In this document: positions 35,322-45,900 of the stretch, one piece after another
How positions within the stretch are numbered: the first letter of the stretch is position 1
How the letters are laid out: each line of letters starts with the position of its first letter
DNA from: an uncultured Bacteroidales bacterium
GTDB lineage: Bacteria; Bacteroidota; Bacteroidia; Bacteroidales; UBA3824
Direction: 5' to 3'
Assembly (NCBI GenBank): GCA_947168365.1
Contig: CAMVLO010000012.1
Span: forward strand, 2,516-66,515
Length of the DNA: 64,000 nucleotides
Program-made: the position numbers and the translations under genes
Notes under the pieces: model-generated
Databases searched by the model: none
Seen by the model: only the letters and a program-made list of their open reading frames with translations
What the model was told of the DNA's origin: nothing

Positions 35322-36521
35322 TTATTCAACTAAAACTGCAACTGCAATTACAATTCGATTATAATCTGCAATATCATAATGTTGAACTTTTGATGAGTTT
35401 GCTACGATTTCTAATCTGTTTTTATCAACATTATATTTATTAATTAGTTGATTATAAACATATTCTGCTCGTTTTTTGCTCAAAACATAATTTATATAGT
35501 CCGTTCCTGTTTCTTTATCAGCATATCCATGTAAAATCACTTTACAATTAGGATTATTGTTCAAGAAATTTACAATTTGTTGATATCTTATTTTACTATC
35601 AACAATTGGAACTGATTTACCTATTGGAAATACAATTGTTACAATTGCCAAAGAGTCTAATACAAATTTATTTTTATCTGTAGAATCTTTAACATTTTTT
35701 TCAACAACTTTTTCAACATAAACAGTGTCGTGCTCTATAATTGGTTCTTGGGCAACAGTACGAATATTCTCTTCTTCAATATCTTTTCCTTTATAAATAT
35801 TAGAAGAAAAATGTTTTGAACCAAAATTATATCTAATTCCGCAAGAAAAATTAAAAGAAGCATGATGCATACTACCAGTAATTCTTCCATCGAAAAGATC
35901 AGGCAAAATAGAAAGACCGCATTGCGCAAATACATCAACATTTTTGTACACCGAATATTTAGCTTTGAAACTTAAATCCGTAGTTAAGGCATTTGCCTTC
36001 GGAATTCCATCTTGTTTAACTACGCGCAAATAACCAATACCCAAATATGGATAAAAATCATATTTACAAGAAGAATTATATCCTTTATGGATTATATTCA
36101 TAATACTTGTAAAAAACATGAGTTTAGAACTCAGGTATTTAATATCCACATCATAAGTTCCGTTTGGTTTTATAGAAGCAAATTCTCTATAAGGGTCGTT
36201 GTTGCCAAACATTGTATTTCCACCTATCTCATCGGCTTTGTACAAACCATACGAAGAGTTTGAACCACCTTTTTTTAGAGCGTCGAAAGAAATTTCCATA
36301 CCAATAAATGGCGTAAAAAATTTACCAAAGTCGAATCCCCAAAAATGTGTAAGTCGGTTTGATCTATTTTCGGCATCTGTACTATAAAGAATTTGACCTC
36401 CATAAAATCCATCAACATACCAATTTTGTTTTATAGACGAGTACCCAAGACTAATTGTATCTTGAGCACTTGTCATAAAACAATAAATTAGTAGTATAGT
36501 TAACAACAATAATTTTTTCAT
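35322..36521 (-). CDS. OmpA-family outer-membrane protein (beta-barrel + OmpA-like peptidoglycan-binding domain)
   Basis: Signal peptide. C-terminal 'ILHGYADKETGTDYINYVLSKKRAEYVYNQL' is an OmpA/MotB-type motif. The start lies 1 nt after the upstream stop. Confidence 0.85.
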   Translation of the reverse strand: MKKLLLLTILLIYCFMTSAQDTISLGYSSIKQNWYVDGFYGGQILYSTDAENRSNRLTHFWGFDFGKFFTPFIGMEISFDALKKGGSNSSYGLYKADEIGGNTMFGNNDPYREFASIKPNGTYDVDIKYLSSKLMFFTSIMNIIHKGYNSSCKYDFYPYLGIGYLRVVKQDGIPKANALTTDLSFKAKYSVYKNVDVFAQCGLSILPDLFDGRITGSMHHASFNFSCGIRYNFGSKHFSSNIYKGKDIEEENIRTVAQEPIIEHDTVYVEKVVEKNVKDSTDKNKFVLDSLAIVTIVFPIGKSVPIVDSKIRYQQIVNFLNNNPNCKVILHGYADKETGTDYINYVLSKKRAEYVYNQLINKYNVDKNRLEIVANSSKVQHYDIADYNRIVIAVAVLVE

Positions 36522-36522
36522 A

Positions 36523-36942
36523 TTATTGAACCAAACTTAGTTGCAAAACATAAGGCTCGTCACTTACACCAAGAACACCGTTGGAAGCAAAAGAATGAAG
36601 ACCTTCTTCTTGATACAAATATTTAGTTTTTGCACTGTAATATTTAAATGTAATCAGAGCACTTTCTTCTGGACTTCCTACAATATTCAGGAAGAACTTA
36701 TCTTTAGTATATTCGGCTATTCCTCGACATTCGTCTCCAATAAATGCAGCTAGAATATCATCAGAATCTACATATCCGATGATGTTTCTATCGAGTGTCA
36801 TTACGCATGTCATCGATACAGAATATCCATCCAATGTTGTTTCCCAAGTAGGACGTTCGAATGTTCGATAGCTTTCTTCTTTTTTGCAAGATGTTGCAAG
36901 GCAAAATGTTGCAAAAAATAATACAATTAAAATCTTCTTCAT
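36523..36942 (-). CDS. Small lipoprotein sharing a domain with the upstream giant protein
   Basis: Lipobox 'FCLATSC'. 'DILAAFIGDECRGIAEY...FFLNIVGSPEESALITFKYYSAKTKYLY' parallels 'DMIAAFHNDTCVGVGYS...VMLTVYGNKPQIANYKYRMWCASTGLTY' in the 3410-aa protein. Confidence 0.6.
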   Translation of the reverse strand: MKKILIVLFFATFCLATSCKKEESYRTFERPTWETTLDGYSVSMTCVMTLDRNIIGYVDSDDILAAFIGDECRGIAEYTKDKFFLNIVGSPEESALITFKYYSAKTKYLYQEEGLHSFASNGVLGVSDEPYVLQLSLVQ

Positions 36943-36947
36943 ATTAT

Positions 36948-39900
36948 TTATTTTTTAATGAATTTTTCTATAAAGTGTTTATTATCAATTATTACTTTTA
37001 CTACAAATAATCCTTTTGAGTAATTAGATGTATTAATTTCAGTTTGGTAATTATTTTCTACATCAATTTTTTCTGATGTATAAACCTGTCTACCCAAAGC
37101 ATCAAATATATTGATTTGAATACTATGTTTGATATTTTTAGCATTTATATTAACTAAATTATCGACAATTGTTGGGTACACATCAACAGATGTAGTATTT
37201 TCATCAAAACTAATGAGGAACGGAGCACTAATATCACCTATTACTTTGTTGCTTTGATATTTAATAATTTGATCCGAAATCTGTTGATTATTATTATCTC
37301 TTACAACAAAACTAATATCATTAGCAGATTGACCTCCTACTGTGATAAAATAGTAGTTTTGAGTACCAATAGTAACTTTGTCGGCTTTAAACTCTTTACC
37401 ATAAGAGTCTACTGCATAAAGAGTTTGATTATCTTCGATGTCCGCTTTAGCAATAATATTCATATTATCAGCATAAATATTTTCTTTATGATTAATATTT
37501 TCTACTGAATTTTTGGATATTGTTTTTGCTGAATAATGGAATGTTTTATCTTGATTACTTGTATTAAAAATCATGTAACCACGTCCGGGCTCCATATAAT
37601 CAAGATTACCAATCCAATTATTGCGATAATACATCGAGAATCCGTCAATACCTTTAATGATATCGTTGTCTTCTGCATCATAATCAGCAAGTGCTTTCTC
37701 TGTTTCCATTACTACCAACGGCAAATATGAGATATAACTCCACTGATTTGCTTTGGCTAAAATAGGCGTATTAGCAATATCAACTAAACTACCAGATATA
37801 CTGAGGTCTTTGTCTGCTGAAGCCCTAAACATATACATGTGTTGATTATCTAATACCAAGTTGCTACCTTGCCATTCTTTGTTGGTAGGTGAGTATGAAT
37901 TTTGAGCGGTTAAACTCTTGATCAAATCATTTTTATCAAAATTGGTTCCTAAATATGCTGTTGTTCCTTTTTCCAAATTTTCATTTGTTAAATTAAAGGA
38001 TATCCAGTTCCAATTTTTGTTCAAATGAATACTTTCGTATCTTGTTTCTTTGCCGTCAAAGATAACAGGTGTAGCAGGTGTACCAAAATAGTTATCATTT
38101 TTGAAGATGTCTAAACTATAAACTTTATCATATTCTGCTTGATATGTAAGACCGGTAGAAGCACACCACATACGATATTTATAATTAGCGATTTGAGGTT
38201 TGTTTCCATAAACTGTTAGCATCACATACCACATATCTGCCTCTGGGCTATATTGACTATATCCTACGCCAACACATGTATCATTATGGAATGCTGCAAT
38301 CATATCACGCTTGTCGGTAGAGAATACTCCGTTGAATCGCATTTTACATATAATTACCATATTATACTGATAATCTGAAGGATTCACTTTCCATTCTGGT
38401 TTGTCGCCATTTACTGTGATGTTAAACGAGAGAATATCAGTTACTTTGGTATCCAAATTAGTAAGATAAATATCTTGGTCGTAAACACCTGTTCCAAGAT
38501 TTTGATCCACAACAAATGTAATATTTTGTGTAGAAACTGGATTAATTGTACCTGTTGTCTCAGCAACTTTCATCCAAGAAGGTAGATTACTAATTTGATA
38601 GTTGATAATACTTCCACCTTTGTTAGAGAATGAAGTTTTGTATTCCAAAGGTTCTTTGAGTCCTTTTTCTAATTCTACTAAATCTTCATCCCATACAAGT
38701 TGGTTTTTATTGATATATGCAGTCCAAGTGATAGGCGAAAGCATTTTGTTGCCATTTAGGTCGTACACATTTTGAACAGTAAACGTAACTATTGTATTTT
38801 CGATTCTATCAGCAGGCTCTGTTAGATTAATAACAATTGCATCATCTGAGTAAACATACGTGTAATTTAATTGGCTAACGCTTCCTGCATCTTTTAGTGG
38901 TGCATGATCAGAGGTAAACGAAGAATTAACAAATGTTAGATTATATTTGTCGATTTTATTAACAGTAGTTTTGTCTAAACTATATTCTCCCAACTCTTCT
39001 AATCCGATATTGTTAGTAAAGTAATACTCAAACGGATAATACAATTGAAGTCCAATTTCGTTTCCAAGATTTTTTTCGTTGAGTGCTTTTTCTACCATCG
39101 TTTGAGGTTTGTATAATTTCCACACTTTGATTTCGTCAATCGCACCAACTATATAGTTATCTATTTGGAAATCATCAGATTCTGTTATTGTGTTCTTTTG
39201 GTAAACTCTTGCACCAGCATATAGTTTATCATATTGCAAACCATCAACATTATCACTTTCAAAGTATGATTGAAGTTTTGCGTCCATATAAATATATGCT
39301 CTACCATTGCTACGGCTTAAAGTATACACCATTTGATGCCAAGCACCGTCGTTGTATGTACCAGGAACTTGATGTTTAAATCCGTTATGGTTGATAGTAA
39401 GAGTATTATTTTCAAAACCAATATTAAACAAACCATTGCTACCACCGAAGTCGGTACCATCACCTAATCCGTTGCCTATGATAGTTCCGTTTTGAGAGGT
39501 TGTTTTAAACCAAAATTCCAATGTAAAATCATTGTCTTCAGTTGTAACAGCCGCTCCTGCAGGTAATTCTAAATAGCCATTTCCGTTAAATTCTACGGCA
39601 TATCCTTTAGGAAGAACCCATTGACAATTATTCAAATGCAAATCTACGCTACGTGCTCTGTCGGAGGTTGAATTGCCACGACCTTCGTCCATTGGGTAAT
39701 AATCCAAAAGTCCGCTTTCAGAACCGGATAATTGTACATTGCTATTGATTTGTAATTGTCCGCTTGTTAGTTTTGTTGTCCAAATACGGGCATTGTCGAT
39801 AGCACCATTAAAATTATTGCCATGATTTAACGCTGAACCTACTACAAATTTACCGTTAGAGGTGTATTCGCCAACGTATTCGTTTGTAATAACGGGTTCA

Positions 39901-42900
39901 AAATTAAAGTAAACGGTTGCAAATCCATCTTCGCTTTGTACTAAGGCAACATGATACCAGTTGTCGTTGTATATTGCTTTACCGTTATCAAGCAATGTTT
40001 TAGATGTATAATCGCTACCATTTATCGACAATGTAAGAGTATTGTTTTCGTTCAATTTAAGTTCCAACTGATTACCAATTACACCATGAGAGAAAATTAC
40101 TCCGTTTTGATTCTGGTATTTGTTGAACCAAGTTTCGATTGTGAAACCTTTTGACTTGAGATTCCTATCAAATTCGGTTTCCATATAAGAAGTTTTTCCG
40201 TCAAGTTCAATTGCAGTTGAATGATTTGTTTGAGCTCCGTTTCTTATGCCCGTTACAGAGAATGAATTTTGTGTCAGGTAACCGCCCAAAATGCTTTCAT
40301 TGAAAGATACTTTGATTACATCGTTAGGATCTAAAACTCCGTCAGCAGGTTCTGCATTGCCGAATAATCTCGGACGATACATATCTTTGACACCCGATGC
40401 GATTTCCGAATATGTGTAAACAGGTTCATTATTGATTTTACAAACCGAAACCGCTCTTACATCATAAAGATTGTCGGAAGCATTGAAGAACCAATCATAT
40501 TTTAAACGCCCTATAGATGTAAGATTATCCTTTACCAAAGCGACATTCAAACCATTTTCTTTTTGCTGTTGACAAAGTTCTTCATCAGCATAGAACGATA
40601 TAAGTGTTGTCCAATTCTTAGATTCGCTGCCTGCCTTGTATTGAAGTTCGATATGTTCAAAATCTGTATAATTTACATCAAAACCATCAATCAAAATTGT
40701 TTTGAAGTATGATGTATCATTTGATGCAACATCAAAGGCTTTGTCTAATTCTGTATTATATTTCCAACCTTGTTCGGGCTCGTAAAGTTCCACATTTGTA
40801 CAAGTTGGAGTAAAATGTACAGTAAAAGAAACAGTATCCGCGATGTCATCTTGACACTGACTTAACATAATCAGTTTCAGATCATCATAATTCAACGCAG
40901 TACCTTTTTCTACAGTAAGAGTTTTAAATACCTCTTCGCCTGCAGGAACCAAATATTGAAGTTTTTGACCACCAATTGTTGTTCCGTCAATAGCCAATAT
41001 TGCTCCATCCGGATTGCTCGTTTCGTCAATCATCACATAAAAATAGACGTCTTTATGAGCTTCAGAGTTGTTTTTCATAGATAGTTTAAAACTTGCTTTA
41101 TCTCCACTTGGAACATATTCACGGAAATTACCGTCAACAATACTGATTTGTGGCACTTCCAATCGTTTGGTGGCTTGGTCGATAACAACATTTTCATGTC
41201 CTTTCCAATAGTCGGCTTTCGTTTCGCCTTCGTATGGACAAGAAGAAACACCACCACGTGTACGGAAAATAAAGGTTTCAAATGTACTGCCAGTACCTTT
41301 TAGTTCGTCAACTACTTCATCTTCATCGAAACTATCTTGATCTTTGTTTTCTTTTTCTTTTTCTTCAGTGTCAGCATATTTGTGGAAAACATCTACGCTA
41401 AAATAGTCGTCAGGATTTTCGTCGACCAATACAAAACCTATAGTATTTGTTTTTTGTTCGTCATAAGTCCAATTATATCCATCTTCAGTAAACGCTTTTT
41501 CTTGAATATGAAATTCTCTTTTTACACCCATAAATGTACCATCTGATTCAATATCATTTGAATATCCAAGTGCAATTGTAAAATAGAAGTTTTCTGTACT
41601 GCCAACTCCTGTTTCCATAGAATATTCTACATTAGAACCTCCTCCTTCAAAAGAAAAATTCTTTACTAAATTGTTAGCTTGAATTTTTTCTTTGTCGTTT
41701 CTTTCAAGTGCTGATAACCAACGGTCTATCGACTGATTCAAAGATTTTATTGTATCAACATATTGTTTTTTGTCATTAGGTAAAATTTGTTGATAAGTTT
41801 CATCTGTGCCAAATGTTTCATCTTCTGGGGCTACTGTTGAATAATAATAAGCCTTTTTACTACTATTAGCCAAAGTTTGTAGTTGCTCTTTTGATTTTCC
41901 ATACGATTCGATAAGAATATTATTTCTTATTTCTTCTAATTGAGGAATAACAACTTCGGCAATATGACGACGAGAGTAGGCAAACACGGTTCCAAAACTT
42001 GATTCAAGATTTATTCCCTCTTGTTGTATCATCGCGTAATCATCGGTTACTTTGTATGTCTTAATTACGCTTGATTTTATTTGTTCATATTCATCTCTTG
42101 GGATAATAACTACATCATTAGTAGTACCAACTCCTACATTTGTTGAATTACCTATAAACAAATCGGCATCTGCTCCTACCATATCAGGGGAATCGCTTGT
42201 TTGATAACGAGTTGTAAGTGTTACACTTTTACTCCATGTATAATCGTTATGAAATTCTTCTTTATGGTATAAACCATGTTTATTCTTATTTTCTTCATCA
42301 GTTAATTCTGTAACAGTACCAGTTTGAGTCGCAGGAGTTCCTGCAGTATTCACAGATGATGTTCTAGTACGAGTACCAACACCCATTAAATCATCACCTT
42401 CGTTTATAACACTAACTGTTAACTGTTTATTTTTTGTAATTGTTGTTCCTTTCTCTATGTAAGAATAAGAATTAGTACCTGGAGGATCTCTTAATATTGC
42501 AATCAAATCAATAGGACCAGCGGTTACAAAATCGGCACCATTAACATGTGAACCTAAAACGTATGCTTGTCCAGCAGGATTACCGAGAGGATTATCCCAA
42601 TTGATTGATGTATTCGAATTTCCATATACAAATTTTGCAGAAATAGTTTTTAAACCACTTGTTAATTCTGGTTCGCCACATTTAAATGCGTACAATCCAA
42701 AACCCATAGTGTCTAATTCAATTGTAGATGGATAGTCTTTCATTTGATCTTCTGACAATCCTGTTGCAGCTAATTGGTTGGTGAAAGTAACTTTTGCGTC
42801 TGATGTTGGTACTCTTTCAAAAATATCACTATTTTCGCAATGTCTGTATTCTTCAAAAGCATTAACTGTAAAATAATAAGTATTTAATGATTCAAATACT

Positions 42901-45900
42901 GGATAATCAAATGTATAGCCTTTGTCTTCAGACCATACAACAGATTCTACCATATTGCCTTCAAAATTATTGAAACTTACTTTTTCTTCACCAAAATATT
43001 TGTATTGTGCTTTTCCTAAGAAATTACTTTGGAGTACTTCTATTTGAGGAGTATATCTTAGCGTAAATACTTGTTTTTGATTATACATTACAGTATCATT
43101 TTCTTCTGATACTTCAGGTATCATCAATATAACGCTACCTTTTAGATTTAATATGCTATTATTACCTTCTATTTGGTCTGCGTTATGACAAGTTCCTGCA
43201 TAAATATTTAGCTTATACTCTTCAGGCAAGAGATATGCAACAAATTCACCCGTTTGTTTATCAGGATAAATTTTTACAGTTTTTGTGTCGTATTCAACTT
43301 TTGTTGAATTTTCTTTCACAAAATGAGGATATATTTTTTCGTATTTATCATTTGTCAAATTATAATCTTTGCCTTCGGTTGCAAGACATGTGAGTGTTAT
43401 TGTCAATTCGTCCGATAGATTATTTTTACTTAATGAGAATCCAACAGGTAACTCTGATTGAATACTACCTCCACATATTCTACCTACATATTTAACAAAT
43501 GTACTATCGTGAAGTTTTAAACCAGATAGAATATCTTGATAATTTAAATCGTTGCCTTTGCTATCAATAAATCTTCCTTCATTTGCAAAGGTATGTCCAT
43601 TCATATAACATTTTACTTCGTGAACTCCAACAGGTACATTTATCTTAAATTGTCCATTTTCATCTGTTGTAATAGCCATACCATATTTATCCATAGCAAG
43701 AGCACCGTCAACTTTGAAGGATACGCCTTTTACAGGTGTTGTACCTCCATAATATACAACAGTTCCGCTAACTTCAAAACTTGATTTGTCAACAAAATTG
43801 ATGGTATAATTTGTAGAATTTTCACTTAAATACCTTACTTCGTTTGTCGGGCTAAATTCGTGAGTACCTTTTCTCGGAATCAAAGTATACGCTGTACCGT
43901 TTCCGATAAAAGGAACACCTCTCAAAGAATAGTGTCCTGTATTATCAGTAATTGCTTTGTACCACAATTGATTTTGTGTAGGTGTTTGTTCTGATGTAAA
44001 AATACCTGTGGTTGTTGCATCATTTTTGTTGTAATCACTACCAAGATAAGACATATCAAATACTTTATCATCAAAACAATAATTAAAATTGTAGTAAAGT
44101 ATTAAATTTTCTTTATCTCCTAAGATATATCTATTATAATCAGAAGCAATTTCGTTTTGACTTAAACTGCGGCTAAAAATTCTAACCTCATCTATATAAC
44201 CTGCAAAATTTTCACCAAATTCGCTTTGATTATTATTTGAAGTAATCGTCGCTCTTTCTTTTAACGAATTGTCCCAATCACCATTTATAAAGATAAACAA
44301 ACTATCCTTATTTACACCTGCTGTTATATGTGTAAATTTCGATGTATTGATGTCTGATTCCGATAGAATAGTTTTATTACCCGCAGTAAATTTAATTTTA
44401 CCGCCAATATATTCAATTGAATACATTCCGGATTTTTCAAAAATTTTACCTTCTGAAGTTGGTTTTACCCATGCTTGGAATGTAAATTCTTTAGTTACAT
44501 CATTCAAAAACTCATTATTGTTGATTTTGGCAGTTTGTGTGGTTTCTAATGCCAAAGCAGAACTTGGAATATAATCTTTGGTTTCAACTCTGATTTCTAC
44601 CGAATCTTCACCTTGATTATTTTCAAATGTTACTTGACCAAAGAAATCACCTGTTTGAGTGCGGAAACCATAAGAGGTTAATGGTGCGGTTTCTACAATT
44701 TGGCTTGCACAACCTGCTTTTCCTGTAACTCGATAACTGTATATTTTCCCAATTAGTGCATTTTGATCACTATAAAGAACCTTGGATGCCGATGGCGCAC
44801 CTTCTACGTTTTCTATCAAATTATATTTTTCGTCAGGCTGACCAAACTCTTTACGCTCTATTGAATAACTATCTAATGCTCCATTTACAACATCCCATCT
44901 TAGGTCTACTCTATCACTATAATAACCAGTAGAAACTTCCAAATTTTCTATATTTCCACTTTCAATAGCCACTATTTTATCTAAATCAGGCTGTAAATCT
45001 AAAACAACTGGGTTAAATACAGAATAATTTTTACTTCCTGGACTTACATATGCCCAATATTCAAATTCATTACATGCTTTTGTTATTAACTCCTCATATT
45101 CATAAGACAATATCCAATTATCATAATCGTCTCTTTTGATAGGAATTTCAAATTTTTGTTCTGTTGATTTTGTTATATTTTTTCTAATAACCACGATTTT
45201 AGAATTCTCTGTTAATACCAAAGAATTTGCTTCTTCCTTATCTTGATAATTATCTTTAGAATCAAGATTAATGGTTAATTTAACACCATTTATTTTATTG
45301 GGATTGTAATTAAATTCTACTAAACCATTTATTACATTAGCATGTTTCATAGATTTATAATGACTAACTTCCGTATATAAATCCCATTGCCAAGTCTTGC
45401 TTGTTTCGGTACGTCTAATTCTATAATAAATCGGACCATTAATATTTAATTTTCCAGTTTGGTCCACAATAGAATAAGTATTTTTGTTTGGATCAAATTT
45501 TAATACGTTCTTAGGATCAGCAACTTGATCATAAGAAAGAAAAGTATTATCCAGTGAGCGAATTACTTCAAAACCATCACCCGTTATTTGTTCATTAGGA
45601 TGAGTATCGATTGTCCAAGATATTTTAGTAGCTCCGTTCTCTAAATTTTCAAATGTAACATTTTTGGGTTCAGGAAATTGATATGCTTGTAATACATGTT
45701 GATAAGTTTTAACGCACGTTTGATACTCTGATACAACATAATAATATTTAATATACAACGTTTTAGGAGCATTACCAATATGAAATTGTATAGTTCCTTG
45801 TTTGCCATTATAACGACTCATACTACCCGATGTAGAATAAGTTGTTATCATAATAGGTTCATCTATTTCATATTTGTAGGGACAATTTCCAAAAGCGACA

